DNA from: Candidatus Micrarchaeota archaeon
Lineage (GTDB): Archaea; Micrarchaeota; Micrarchaeia; Micrarchaeales; CABMGC01
Length of the DNA: 64,000 bases
Direction: 5' to 3'
NCBI GenBank assembly: GCA_021802765.1
Contig: JAJZRI010000001.1
Location: 211,509-275,508 of the forward strand
Shown: positions 45,773 to 56,161 of the stretch, in pieces
Numbering within the stretch: the first letter of the stretch is position 1
How the letters are laid out: each line of letters opens with the position of its first letter
Program-made: the position numbers and the translations under genes
The notes under the pieces: model-generated
Seen by the model: only the letters and a program-made list of their open reading frames with translations
The model's database searches: none
What the model was told of the DNA's origin: nothing

Positions 45773-46408
45773 TCAGTTCGCCACTGTGGCATCCGCCTCA
45801 GCAACAACCGGCTTTGGCTTCTTCTGCTTCCCTGTAGGGAACTTGGTTCCTGGCTGGGCTATCCTCACTTTTATGCCTATTGCGCCGTACTTAGGGTACG
45901 ATGCTACTTTTGCCCCGTCCACAAGCGTTGTGACGTGGCCTGCAGTTGGGAGGTATCCGAGCCTTATCTTTATCTGCTTGGCCTTTGCACCCTTTGCGGC
46001 GAGCTTTCCGGTGGCTATTATCTCAGCGCCCATTGCGCCGTTGTCCATTATCTCCTTTATGGTTCCGTGGAGCAGCCTCCTTGCGTTTATCCCTCTCTCA
46101 AGGGAGTTCGCTATGTACTTGGCAACGAGCCTTGGCTCGAGCTTCTCGTTCTTGACCTCCGCTACGCTTATCTGGGGGTTTTCTATGTTGAATTTCTTCT
46201 TCATGCCCTCCGTAAGGCTGTTTATCGTCTCTCCGCCCCTTCCGATGACCTTTCCGGGATTTGTGACATATACTGTTATCCTGGTTATTATTGGTGTCTT
46301 CTGGATGTCCACCCTTGAGAATCCTGCCCTTGAAAGCTTCTTCTCTAGGTACTTGGATATGTTGTTCTTTATCATCAGATCCTCTATGAATTTTCGCTCT
46401 ACTACCAT
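45773..46408 (-). CDS. rps3: 30S ribosomal protein S3
   Basis: RAGF, KTP, PGKVIGRGG KH motif, GAMGAEI..GKL, G.IGIKV.I. Confidence 0.96.
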   Translation of the reverse strand: MVVERKFIEDLMIKNNISKYLEKKLSRAGFSRVDIQKTPIITRITVYVTNPGKVIGRGGETINSLTEGMKKKFNIENPQISVAEVKNEKLEPRLVAKYIANSLERGINARRLLHGTIKEIMDNGAMGAEIIATGKLAAKGAKAKQIKIRLGYLPTAGHVTTLVDGAKVASYPKYGAIGIKVRIAQPGTKFPTGKQKKPKPVVAEADATVAN

Positions 46409-46412
46409 ATTA

Positions 46413-47099
46413 TCATGCTTTTTGTTCTGCTGTCGCCTCGGCCTTAGGCGCCTGTGCCTTAGGGGCATTCCCCTTTGGTGCTTCAATCTGGACCACTTTC
46501 TTTGACTCCTTTGCCTTCGGCTTGCTCTGTGACATTGCCTTCTGCTTGGTCCTTTGAGACTCGTTTATCCTCTTGCCCCTTGCCTTTATGAAGTATTTCA
46601 TGTTCTTTGTGAGCTTGTCGGAATGCTGCTCTGCGAGCACTATCTCTATCTTTGCGTATTCTATGTCGCTGTGGTTGGTTGCGGACATTCCGTACATTCC
46701 CCTGCCCCAGGCGATGCTTCCCTTGGAAGGATATCTCCTTTCTATCCTTGTCTTGTTGGCTGATGCGCTGACGACAAACATGTCCTGGGCATCCTTGCCC
46801 TTGTTTCCAGCATTTGCCATGGCGTTTGTAAGCGTCTTGAGAACCTCGGAGGCGGCCTTTTCGGGATATCCTCCTTTCTGACCGCCAAGCTCGTGCCTTG
46901 ACCCCATGTGCCTGTTGTGCCTCCTGTACGCGACTGGGGATTCCTTCTCTATGAAAAGCTCAAGAGCAGCAAGAGCATCAGTAGCCTTCAGGTATCTTAT
47001 GGCGTCACATACTGCGCCGAGATCCTTATAGCTCGCATTGACATCGTAGCTCTGCGCTTTTACGAAATCATCGCCTTTCAAGTTGAATGAATAATTCAT
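46413..47099 (-). CDS. rpl22: 50S ribosomal protein L22 (Lys/Ala-rich C-terminal extension)
   Basis: S.K....C.AIR, G.YP.KA, NA.ANA..KG; operon position. Confidence 0.92.
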   Translation of the reverse strand: MNYSFNLKGDDFVKAQSYDVNASYKDLGAVCDAIRYLKATDALAALELFIEKESPVAYRRHNRHMGSRHELGGQKGGYPEKAASEVLKTLTNAMANAGNKGKDAQDMFVVSASANKTRIERRYPSKGSIAWGRGMYGMSATNHSDIEYAKIEIVLAEQHSDKLTKNMKYFIKARGKRINESQRTKQKAMSQSKPKAKESKKVVQIEAPKGNAPKAQAPKAEATAEQKA

Positions 47100-47485
47100 T
47101 ATTTCACCGCTAGGAACTTGCTTCCCCTTGTTGCCCTTATACCAGGTGCAGAGTGCACTACGTGCTTTATCGGGATGGCGAACTCGCCGAGCCTGTGGCC
47201 TATCATCTCTGGGCCTATTGCAAGGTCCTGGAACTTTTTGCCGTCGTGAACGCCTATCTTGAGACCTACCCAGCTTGGAAGTATGACCGCCTCCCTGCTG
47301 TGCGTCTTTATCGCCTTTCCAGTCTGCTTTGCCTTCTCTATCTTCTTTATTATTGCCTTGTAGCTCGCGCTCATTCTCTTAATTGCCCTTCTGTTCCTCG
47401 ACTTCATGAGCTTTGAGACGTCGTCAAGCTTCATTGCCTGAAGCTCCTCGATTGTCTTTCCCCTGAACGTGAATATTCTAGCCAT
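47099..47485 (-). CDS. rps19: 30S ribosomal protein S19
   Basis: FTFRGK, KTH.R, MIGHRLGEF, PGI.ATRGSKF. Confidence 0.96.
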   Translation of the reverse strand: MARIFTFRGKTIEELQAMKLDDVSKLMKSRNRRAIKRMSASYKAIIKKIEKAKQTGKAIKTHSREAVILPSWVGLKIGVHDGKKFQDLAIGPEMIGHRLGEFAIPIKHVVHSAPGIRATRGSKFLAVK

Positions 47486-47487
47486 AA

Positions 47488-48207
47488 TCAACCACTCTTT
47501 CGCCTTCCGACCCTCCTTGCGGCAATGTGCCCGACCTTTGATCCTGGAGGCGCATGCCTTGAGACCATGCTTGACGCCCCTTTGTGGTGCTGCTTTCCTC
47601 CGAATGGGTGGTCAACAGGATTGGACTTGACCCCACGGTTGACAGGCCATTTCTGATTTGTGGCATGCCATATGTAATGCGCCTTTCCGGCCTTCATTAT
47701 CGGCTGGGATGTGAGGCCTCCGCCTGCTACGGCGCCTATCTGCGCCCTGCACGATGGATCCAGGTCTATTGCCTTCTTTGATGGAAGTAGAACATTGACA
47801 GTGTTTTCAAGGTGCGACTTTATAGTTGCATAGCCTCCTGCGACGCGGGCCATCTTGCCGCCGTCGCCTGGCCTTGATTCTATATTATAAATGAGCATTC
47901 CGTCAGGTATGGATCCGAGAGGAAGTATGCTGCCGAGTGCGACCTCTGCCTGATTTCCTTCGAATATACGATCGCCTATCTTTATCCCTTCAGGAGCAAA
48001 TAGTATGTTTTCTGAAAAGTCCTCGTACCTTACCCTCATGAGTGGAGCGCTATGGCCAGGATCGTCTATGAATTCGACGACCTCTCCGATAGCCCTGCCT
48101 TCTATTGGCCTGCTCCTGAAATTAACGTCAGCCTTGAAGTGGTTTGGGGGCTTTCTGTATGCATTGCTTCCCTTTCCACGCCTTTGCTGCTTTAATCTCT
48201 TTCCCAT
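47488..48207 (-). CDS. rpl2: 50S ribosomal protein L2
   Basis: MGKRL.QQRRGKG, DPGHSAP, PGDGGK, DHPFGG. Confidence 0.97.
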   Translation of the reverse strand: MGKRLKQQRRGKGSNAYRKPPNHFKADVNFRSRPIEGRAIGEVVEFIDDPGHSAPLMRVRYEDFSENILFAPEGIKIGDRIFEGNQAEVALGSILPLGSIPDGMLIYNIESRPGDGGKMARVAGGYATIKSHLENTVNVLLPSKKAIDLDPSCRAQIGAVAGGGLTSQPIMKAGKAHYIWHATNQKWPVNRGVKSNPVDHPFGGKQHHKGASSMVSRHAPPGSKVGHIAARRVGRRKSG

Positions 48208-48224
48208 TTAGTCTTCACCATGAA

Positions 48225-48476
48225 TCATACTAATTTAAGCTTCCTTGCCACGTCAGAGGCCTTGAACTCAGGTTTTATCCTTATGTATGCCCTCTTAGTG
48301 TTATTCATTGTTATCTCGGTATTTATAGTAGCCACCTTCACTCCGAACGTCTCCTCGAACTCCTTCTTTATGGCACTCTTTGTGGACCTAAAATCACAGA
48401 TGTAGCAGATAGTATTCATCCTGTCTATCATGTTAAGCGCCTTTTCGGTTGAAAGTGGATATATTAGTGCGTCCAT
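48225..48476 (-). CDS. rpl23: 50S ribosomal protein L23
   Basis: P.STEKA, K..IK, VKV..INT, KRAYI. Confidence 0.95.
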   Translation of the reverse strand: MDALIYPLSTEKALNMIDRMNTICYICDFRSTKSAIKKEFEETFGVKVATINTEITMNNTKRAYIRIKPEFKASDVARKLKLV

Positions 48477-48478
48477 TC

Positions 48479-49285
48479 TTATCTCCTGCTCTTTATTGAT
48501 CCGTTTGATAGCGCCTCTTCGATGCTCGAGACTGCGCCTTCTGTCCATATTGCCAGCCTTGGCTTTGCGCCTGGTGCTAGTTTTCCTACAGTAAGTTCAT
48601 TGACCGCACAGACGTCAACTCCAGGTATATTTCTTCCCGCCTTGGAGATGCTGCCTGTGGATTTTGAGACTATGAGTACGCTGTTACGGAAATGCCTTTT
48701 GTTTGACAGCCTCTTTAGACCCTTTCTGAGCTGCGGCTTGTGCGACTTGCCGAGATCATCAGACAATCCCAGTGCGCCCAGAACTTTTATGAGCTCCTTG
48801 GTCTTTGCTATGGATTCAAGTTTGTCATCGACGACTATTGGAAGCTCCTTTGTCTGTACAAGATGCCTTGACAAAACCATGCCGGTATTTGATGATCCTG
48901 CTATTGCAGATTTTATTGCGAGAAGATACTCCTTCCTGTTTATCAATTCCTCTATTCTTTTCTCTATCTTGTGTGGATGCGCTCTATGTCCCTTTGTTGC
49001 AGATGGAATCCTTCTTACATCTCCCTGAGCGCCGCCTCCGAGCTTCTGCCTGGGCCTTATTGCGATACCCATGTGCCTGCCCCTCCTGTATGCGGCACTG
49101 TACTTACCCACATACACTGCGGTGGTCTCGAATCCTGCCCTTATGAAGTGCCCTTGAGGTTGATAATTTTGGCTCTGCTCAGAAAGCAGCGCCCTCCTTA
49201 CGATATCCGCGCGGAATTCTCCGGCGAATACGCTAGGTAGAGTCGTGCTCTTTGAAACCTTGCCATCAAGTCCAAGTACGTTCAT
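48479..49285 (-). CDS. rpl4: 50S ribosomal protein L4
   Basis: LP.VF..FR.D, G.RAHP, IN.KE, RNIPGVD, LAPG..RL.IWTE. Confidence 0.96.
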   Translation of the reverse strand: MNVLGLDGKVSKSTTLPSVFAGEFRADIVRRALLSEQSQNYQPQGHFIRAGFETTAVYVGKYSAAYRRGRHMGIAIRPRQKLGGGAQGDVRRIPSATKGHRAHPHKIEKRIEELINRKEYLLAIKSAIAGSSNTGMVLSRHLVQTKELPIVVDDKLESIAKTKELIKVLGALGLSDDLGKSHKPQLRKGLKRLSNKRHFRNSVLIVSKSTGSISKAGRNIPGVDVCAVNELTVGKLAPGAKPRLAIWTEGAVSSIEEALSNGSIKSRR

Positions 49286-49286
49286 T

Positions 49287-50258
49287 TTATGCTCCCTGCT
49301 GCGTTGCAGTCGATATGTAGCTTATCTGAGGCTCCTTCCTCTGCGACTTGTTTCTTATCGACTTCCTGATCCTTACAAGCCTCTTTGCCGGCCCAGGTAT
49401 TGAGCCATCAAGTATTATGAAATCATTCTTTACAAGCCCGTAGTTTATGAACCCGCCCTTTGCATTTACTGCGGCGGCATCCTTATCCGTGCCTATCTTG
49501 AGCACTCTCTTGTTGAGTTCTGTCCTGTAATTGTATCCCATATGCCCTGAGTGCGGAACCGTGAACATCACCTTTGCAGGGTGCCATGGACCTAAAACTC
49601 CAAGATGTCTTATCTTTCCGGTCGCCTTCCTGACGTTCCTTGCGACACCGAATCGCTTTATAACTCCTGCCCATCCCTTTCCCTTGGATATGCTTATTGT
49701 ATCTACGTAGTCTCCGACTCCAAGCACATCATTTATCTTAATCTCCTTACCGAAGAACTTCTCCGCAAAGGCAAGCTTATCATTGACATCCTTGCCGCCT
49801 ATTCCAAGCTCAAATCTCATTACCCTCTTGTTCCCAAAGCCCAAATTGCTTGCATCGAGGAAGGCAAGTGCTGATACATCAACATACTTTGACGTGTCCG
49901 CCTTAATCTTTGAAAGATCAGTATTGGCCTTATTTATCCCGACCTTCTTGGCTAGTGCTGCATCATAAGCTTCGGAGGAAGGCTGCGTGTAGAGATATTT
50001 TGTATCGTAGAACCTTATTCCGTATATGTATACCTTTGGCATCTCCAGGACAGTTACTGCTCTGGATATCTCGGTTCCCTTTGCAGGAGATGCGCTGTCA
50101 TCAACCATCATTATGTGGGTCATTCCCGCCTTGAAGGCTACGGATCCTAGGAATCCCGGCTCGGCTGACCTTGGCCATGTTCTTACCCTTGGCATCTGGG
50201 CTTTGGCTCTCCTATGAGGCCAAAATTCCATTGAACCTTTGCGCATCTTCTGAGGCAT
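49287..50258 (-). CDS. rpl3: 50S ribosomal protein L3
   Basis: R.GS..F.P.RRA, FKAGMTH, KGKG..GVIKRFG, GPWHP, G.MGY..RTE.NK, GSIPGP.KR. Confidence 0.97.
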   Translation of the reverse strand: MPQKMRKGSMEFWPHRRAKAQMPRVRTWPRSAEPGFLGSVAFKAGMTHIMMVDDSASPAKGTEISRAVTVLEMPKVYIYGIRFYDTKYLYTQPSSEAYDAALAKKVGINKANTDLSKIKADTSKYVDVSALAFLDASNLGFGNKRVMRFELGIGGKDVNDKLAFAEKFFGKEIKINDVLGVGDYVDTISISKGKGWAGVIKRFGVARNVRKATGKIRHLGVLGPWHPAKVMFTVPHSGHMGYNYRTELNKRVLKIGTDKDAAAVNAKGGFINYGLVKNDFIILDGSIPGPAKRLVRIRKSIRNKSQRKEPQISYISTATQQGA

Positions 50259-50366
50259 GATAACCCCTAAGGAATTAGCATTCTAGTATTCTTTTGAGCA
50301 GATTTATATACCTATTGCTGGCGTTTGGCTACCTTTGAATCCTGTCTTATTGCACCGGCGCAAACA

Positions 50367-51179
50367 TCAGTTCAGATGGCTGGCTATCATCGCGGCGAAC
50401 CTGCTCTGGTTGACGCTGAGAGTGGAATTGAGAAGGGATATCTGCGCGAAGACAGTGGTGTTTGCAGTGTGTCCAAGTATTATTACCCCGTTAATCGCCG
50501 TGTTTGTCCCTGGATAGAGTGACGATGTTGCAGAGAATGAATATTCCATTGGACCGGATGTCAGGTTCACACCAACATCCGCGCTTGTTATGTTCTTGTT
50601 GGCCTTGAGCGCGGTCATGTTGAACGCATTATGATATATGCTCATGCCAACGGCATATACTGCGGCAGATTGACTGCTCTCAAGAATTAGCTCCTGGAGT
50701 CCGCCGTATGAATGCTTTGAGCTTGACGAATTATATGATATTAGGTAATCGGAAGTTATGTTGTATGAAGGGCTGCTTGGGAGCAGTCCTGCCGTCGCCG
50801 CGGCAACCTGCGCCGGGGTCGTCGCCTCGTAAGCATAATAGCCGCCGCTTCCTATGAGCGATGCCGCTTCCGAAGGGAGTATGAAGTACTTTGAAGCACT
50901 TACATTAATTTTTGTGGGAGATGAATTCACAATGGGCTGTGATGGCACGGACTGGTTGTTTGATGTGAGCACGCTTGGCCTGGTCTGCGCCTTTACAAGG
51001 CTAGCAGAACCCGTCTTGAATCCGATCATGTAAAATACAACAGCAACGATTAGAAATGCAAGTATTATGCCGATCCAGATAAGGGGCTTGTCGCCTCCTG
51101 TTTTTGGGCTCTGGACTGACGCTGAGTTGTGGGCGGCCTTCTTGTGTGCTTCGAGATTGTGAGTTTGCTCTTCTACCAT
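50367..51179 (-). CDS. Single-TM surface protein
   Basis: One TM followed by Ser/Thr/Asn-rich region. Confidence 0.65.
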   Translation of the reverse strand: MVEEQTHNLEAHKKAAHNSASVQSPKTGGDKPLIWIGIILAFLIVAVVFYMIGFKTGSASLVKAQTRPSVLTSNNQSVPSQPIVNSSPTKINVSASKYFILPSEAASLIGSGGYYAYEATTPAQVAAATAGLLPSSPSYNITSDYLISYNSSSSKHSYGGLQELILESSQSAAVYAVGMSIYHNAFNMTALKANKNITSADVGVNLTSGPMEYSFSATSSLYPGTNTAINGVIILGHTANTTVFAQISLLNSTLSVNQSRFAAMIASHLN

Positions 51180-51239
51180 GCTTACACCGGCAAGCTAGGA
51201 TAAGTAGTTATAATATTTATATTGCTCGCTTGGTTTCGG

Positions 51240-51575
51240 TCAGGCCGCATGGTCACTTGCGCTCCTTCTACTCAAAAAATAACGCTTCCGGAGCATTTCG
51301 TCGACTTCGGCGTCAAGTTCTCTAATAACGGCATTGTAGACCGCGACTCTGCTTGATTTTGGTCGCTCGCCCCTAAGTGCCATCATTAATGGCGCTTCTC
51401 GCTTTGCCATTGTGATGTGGTACTCTGAAGGCAGGAGCAGCCTGGCGGCGGTTATCAGTCTTTTTGCGCCTTGCAGGTCGCTTTCAGGAATGAGAACCTG
51501 CGCGTCATTTACCAAAGACTTCACTATGTGCATCCTTTTTTTGAAGGACTTGTAGTTGTGCTTTTCCCTGTGCAT
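51240..51575 (-). CDS. Hypothetical protein
   Basis: ATG ORF with GAGG SD-like element. Confidence 0.5.
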   Translation of the reverse strand: MHREKHNYKSFKKRMHIVKSLVNDAQVLIPESDLQGAKRLITAARLLLPSEYHITMAKREAPLMMALRGERPKSSRVAVYNAVIRELDAEVDEMLRKRYFLSRRSASDHAA

Positions 51576-51655
51576 TTCCTCTAACTCATATCACGCGCTG
51601 TATTTTTGAAGTTTTTCTGCAAGTTCGGCATTTAGCATGCATGCAAGGATGCGTC

Positions 51656-52906
51656 TTACTGCTTCTTGTTCCTTCCAAGCTTGCTATGCGCCTTGCCCAG
51701 ATCCCTCGTTGCAAGGGCTGCGAGAAGGTTTAGTTCTCCGGCGAGCACCGCAGCGGCAATTATCTCGGCGAATTTCCTTGAATTGCTTCCTGGAGGATTT
51801 CCGGATCCGAAGACGTCCATTATCGAGAGGGCTTCGCCCTGCGTTGGAAGCCCCGTGCCTCCTCCGACAGTCCCGATCTCTAGTGAAGGAAGGGTGACAG
51901 AGATGTAAAGGTCATTTCCCCTAACTTCTGTTATTGTGTATCCGCTGCTGCTCTCTACCACCTGCGCTATATCCTGTCCGGTAGCTAGGAATATTGCTGC
52001 TATGCTGTTTGCAAAATGAGCATTGAATTGCGTAAGAGCCCCTGCAGTAGCGCTACCTATCCAGTTCTTTTTGTAATTCACGTTGTTTACTGCGGCGGCC
52101 TTGGTCTTTAGCACCTCTGCCAGAACTCTTTCACCTATCACCGCCTCTGCCACCACCGATTTACCCCTGCCTTCCAGCGCATTCACAAGGGATTGCTTCT
52201 TGTCAGAACAGAAGTTGCCGCTGACAGCAACAAGGGATATGCCCTCGAAGTTGTCTTCTATGTACCTGCAAGCAGCCTCTGTGGCTATGGTAGACATGTT
52301 CATCCCCATTGCATCCCCAGTATCATATGTGAATCTTAGGAATACGTTGTTTCCCTGTATCTTTGGCTTTATGCCCTTTAGCCTGCCATGACTTGTAGTG
52401 CCCTGTGCCACGGCCTTTATATTGTCAAGATTCTTTGGCAGCCATTCCTTTACAAACCTCTGGGCATCAACGACGGAGTTGAGTTCGAATACGGGTCCTC
52501 GCGTCATGCCGTCCTCTATAACACGTGATATCGCACCTCCGCTGAGATTTATTGCCTTCATTCCGCGGCTGACGCTCGCTATAAGTGCGCCCTCGGTAGT
52601 TGCCATGGGTACAAGCGCATCGCCGATGAATTCTGCACCATTTACCTTTAATGGACCTGCCACGCCCAGCGGCACGCGAACCATCCCTATTACATTTTCT
52701 GCATTCTTGCCTTTAAGCAGTGAATAATCAGTTTCCTTTGAGGCCAGACTGCCCAACTTGATCTTGCATACCTTTGCGACGGCCAGTCTGCGTATCTCCA
52801 CTTCTTCATTGGCATCTGGGGCAAACTTTTCTATCTGATGAATCGGTATGCTCCCATTTGCAACCTCTTCGGCCACCTTATCCTTTTCCGATTCGTCCAT
52901 AAGCAT
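51656..52906 (-). CDS. hmgA: HMG-CoA reductase, class I (NADPH)
   Basis: ENVIG, PMATTEGALIAS, DGMTRGP, TGDAMGMNM, SGNFCSDKK, GQDIAQ, GTVGGGT, GELNL..AH. Confidence 0.96.
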   Translation of the reverse strand: MLMDESEKDKVAEEVANGSIPIHQIEKFAPDANEEVEIRRLAVAKVCKIKLGSLASKETDYSLLKGKNAENVIGMVRVPLGVAGPLKVNGAEFIGDALVPMATTEGALIASVSRGMKAINLSGGAISRVIEDGMTRGPVFELNSVVDAQRFVKEWLPKNLDNIKAVAQGTTSHGRLKGIKPKIQGNNVFLRFTYDTGDAMGMNMSTIATEAACRYIEDNFEGISLVAVSGNFCSDKKQSLVNALEGRGKSVVAEAVIGERVLAEVLKTKAAAVNNVNYKKNWIGSATAGALTQFNAHFANSIAAIFLATGQDIAQVVESSSGYTITEVRGNDLYISVTLPSLEIGTVGGGTGLPTQGEALSIMDVFGSGNPPGSNSRKFAEIIAAAVLAGELNLLAALATRDLGKAHSKLGRNKKQ

Positions 52907-53021
52907 TTCCCTCCTTGATGTTGATTATATTTCTACTATAAAAAGATAGGTACATGTTTGGCGATTGTCTAACCCAATTACGTGCTATTTAAACCAGCCG
53001 CTTTAAGCTATCCTTGATTCT

Positions 53022-54311
53022 ATGTCAAATGCCAAAAGCAAAGGCCGCTCGGAAGGATTTCCAGGCATGAATGCCTTGGTTGAAAAGTTAGTAAATGGTG
53101 AACTCAAGCTACGTGACGTGGAGAGTTATGTCGATGGCAGCAACAAAGCAGCGGCGGTAAGGAGAACATATTTTGAAACAAAGGCAGGCATAAGCACAGA
53201 GCATATAGGACAGCACAGCATAGACCTTGATGTTTCGCATGGAGCAAGGACATCTAACGAGATAGGAGTTATACAGACAATAATAACAAGCCCTGGAGAG
53301 CTTGTGGTGAACGGAAACTTCGCAAGCGGAACCTACCCGATATTCATAGCCAAGGAGGAGGGAATGCTAACGGAGGGGATAGCCAGGGGAATAGGAGTGC
53401 TCAATGCGGCTGGTGGAGTTACTACGAGGGTGGAGAAGGATGGCATGGCAAGGGACATAATGGTAACGACTGGTGGGATAATAGAATCGCAGGTCCTTGC
53501 AGACTGGATAAAAAGCCCTAAAGGAATGGCTTTCCTTAAGGAAGAGTTCAACAAGCATGTCGGCGCCCACGGCGAATTTGTTAGCGTGGAGTCGACCTAT
53601 GTCGGAATGGATTTCCATATACGATTTGTCGGAACTACAGGCGCTGCAAACGGCATGAACAAGGTAACTATAGCTTCGAGCAAGACCGTGAAGGCCATGA
53701 TAGAACACCTGATTGAAACTTCAGGCATGCGTATAGACTTGGCAAGCGAGTCTGGCAACATGTGCACGGACAAGAAACCATCACAAATAAACAGCATAAA
53801 CGGACGTGGAGTATCTGTCAATGCCGAGATAATCATACCTAAGGAGATAGTTGCAGAGAAGTTCGGGGGACTTACCCCGCAGGACATAGCAGACCTGAAC
53901 ACTAGAAAGAACCTGGTGGGATCGAACCTTGCAGGATCCATAGGCGGCAATGCGCACATGGCAAATATACTCTCTGGAATATATGCAGCAACTGGGCAGG
54001 ACATGGCCCATGTGGTTTCTGGAGCCCAGGGGCTTACTTACATGAAGGTCGACAAAAATGGCGACCTGTACGTGACACTTAGGATGCCAACGATAGAAGT
54101 TGCAACTTACGGAGGGGCGACTAAGAATGAAAGTTGCAGGGAGGTACTAAAGCTTATGGGGCTCTACGGTGAAGGAGACGACGAAGGAAACACAAGACGC
54201 GCACTTGCTGAGGTAGTTGCTGCAGCGTGCCTTGCAGGAGAGCTTAACCTAATAGCCGTGCAGGCACAGAAGGAGCTCGCATTGAGCCATGCATCCCTCA
54301 GAAGGGACTGA
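53022..54311 (+). CDS. Divergent class I HMG-CoA reductase paralog
   Basis: SNEIG, KEEGML, DGMAR, TGAANGMNK, SGNMCTDKKP, NAHMAN, GQDMAH, ATYGGAT, GELNL..SH. Confidence 0.85.
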   Translation: MSNAKSKGRSEGFPGMNALVEKLVNGELKLRDVESYVDGSNKAAAVRRTYFETKAGISTEHIGQHSIDLDVSHGARTSNEIGVIQTIITSPGELVVNGNFASGTYPIFIAKEEGMLTEGIARGIGVLNAAGGVTTRVEKDGMARDIMVTTGGIIESQVLADWIKSPKGMAFLKEEFNKHVGAHGEFVSVESTYVGMDFHIRFVGTTGAANGMNKVTIASSKTVKAMIEHLIETSGMRIDLASESGNMCTDKKPSQINSINGRGVSVNAEIIIPKEIVAEKFGGLTPQDIADLNTRKNLVGSNLAGSIGGNAHMANILSGIYAATGQDMAHVVSGAQGLTYMKVDKNGDLYVTLRMPTIEVATYGGATKNESCREVLKLMGLYGEGDDEGNTRRALAEVVAAACLAGELNLIAVQAQKELALSHASLRRD

Positions 54312-54401
54312 AGGTGGAATTTGTGAACGACAAAACACAGATCACACAAGCAGTATTATAAGCGTATGTTGAATTTAATTATTTGATTTGGTTGTTTCTA
54401 G

Positions 54402-56135
54402 ATGACCGATGTTTCAATAAGAATTGCTGGCGCCCATGGTGACGGAGTAGAGTCCAGCGGAGCGCTTGTGATCAAGGTAGCGGCAAAGGCCGGACTGCAG
54501 GTGCTTGCCTACAGGGGATACGGATCGATAATAAGAGGAGGCCACAGCTGGTATCAGGTAAGGCTTGGCGAATCGAAGGTAAAGAGCTATGGGGAAGGAA
54601 TAGACATACTAATAGCACTAAATCAGGATTCCATAACAAACCAGAAGAGCCACCTCAATGACAAAGCAGTAGTGATATACGATCCTTCAAAGGTCAAGGC
54701 TGATGAGCTCGACGCCTCAAAATACAGGCTCATACCGATACCATTACTTGACATAGCAATCAAGGCGAGCGGAGATCCGATAATGAGGAATACAGTTGCA
54801 GTAGGAGCAGCGCTCAAGTTTGTTGGAATAGACATAGATGTGCTTAGCAGCGTGCTCAAGGCCCAGTTCGGAAGGAAGGGAGATGAGATAGTAAACCAGA
54901 ACATCAAGGCTGCGGCTGAAGGGTATAATTATCAGGGGGTGCAGACGCTTTATACGCTTAGGGGAGATGGAAAGCACAGATATGCGCTTGATGGAAACAC
55001 GGCGCTGTCAGTAGGAGCATATGCAGCTGGCTGCAAGTTCTATTCGGCATATCCCATGACACCGGCGAGCAGCATTCTGCATTGGTTTGCATCGCACGAA
55101 GACAAAGGAGTCATGCCAAAGCAGGTCGAGGACGAGATTGCAGCGATAAATATGGCTATAGGTGCATCCATTGCCGGCGTACGCTCCATGTGCGGGACAA
55201 GCGGTGGAGGATTCTCACTCATGGTCGAGGGACTTGGCCTTGCCGGAATGATAGAGACTCCTCTTGTGGTTGTCGAATCGCAAAGAGCAGGGCCTAGCAC
55301 TGGAGTACCTACAAAGACAGAACAGGGAGACATACTTTTCGTCATGCATGCTTCACAGGGAGAATTTCCAAGGATAGTCGTTGCCCCAAGGACAATTGAT
55401 GAGTGCTTCTCTATTACAGCAAATGCGTTCAACCTTGCGGACAGGTACCAGGTTCCTGTGATAATAATGATGGATCTCTATCAGTCAGAGCATGTTGAAA
55501 CAGTAGAGGCATTTGACGTTGACGGAGTGAAGATAGACCGTGGAAAGGTAGTGACTGATGGAAAAGACGGCGAGAGATTCAAGAGATATTTGGTGACCGA
55601 TGACGGGGTTTCGCCAAGGTCGTTCCCTGGCACCAAGAACCTTGAATTTGTTGCAGGTAGCGATGAGCACACGGAACTGGGCGACTTGGTTACCGATATG
55701 TATGCAGGGCTTGACTGGGCCATAGAAGTTAGGAAGCAGATGCACGACAAAAGGATGAGAAAGATAGAGACCATGCTCAAGAATGAGAGCGTCTTTGTTC
55801 CAAACGTTGTTAATGAGAATGCGGAGTACTTCTTTGTGACTTTTGGATCGACAACTGACTCTGCAGCAGAAGCAATTGAGATACTAAAATCCAGGGGAAG
55901 GAACTTCGGACTCATATCGTTTAGCTATCTTATGCCGCTTGACAAGGAAAAGACCAGGAAGATGCTGGAGGGAAAGAAACTGATAAACGTTGAAGGAAAT
56001 TATACTGGGCAACTTGCACAGATTATAAGGATGAATACTGGAATAGAGATCAAGCAGGGCATACTAAAATATGACGGAGAGGCCTTCACAGGATCCGAGA
56101 TCGCAAGGAAAGCGCTCGAACTTGTCGGAGGATAA
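54402..56135 (+). CDS. korA: 2-oxoacid:ferredoxin oxidoreductase alpha (gamma-alpha fused)
   Basis: GAHGDG, IRGGH, YPMTPAS, EDEIAA, TSGGGFSLM, QRAGPSTG.PT. Confidence 0.95.
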   Translation: MTDVSIRIAGAHGDGVESSGALVIKVAAKAGLQVLAYRGYGSIIRGGHSWYQVRLGESKVKSYGEGIDILIALNQDSITNQKSHLNDKAVVIYDPSKVKADELDASKYRLIPIPLLDIAIKASGDPIMRNTVAVGAALKFVGIDIDVLSSVLKAQFGRKGDEIVNQNIKAAAEGYNYQGVQTLYTLRGDGKHRYALDGNTALSVGAYAAGCKFYSAYPMTPASSILHWFASHEDKGVMPKQVEDEIAAINMAIGASIAGVRSMCGTSGGGFSLMVEGLGLAGMIETPLVVVESQRAGPSTGVPTKTEQGDILFVMHASQGEFPRIVVAPRTIDECFSITANAFNLADRYQVPVIIMMDLYQSEHVETVEAFDVDGVKIDRGKVVTDGKDGERFKRYLVTDDGVSPRSFPGTKNLEFVAGSDEHTELGDLVTDMYAGLDWAIEVRKQMHDKRMRKIETMLKNESVFVPNVVNENAEYFFVTFGSTTDSAAEAIEILKSRGRNFGLISFSYLMPLDKEKTRKMLEGKKLINVEGNYTGQLAQIIRMNTGIEIKQGILKYDGEAFTGSEIARKALELVGG

Positions 56136-56161
56136 TTGTTTAATCGTTTATTGATGATGTT

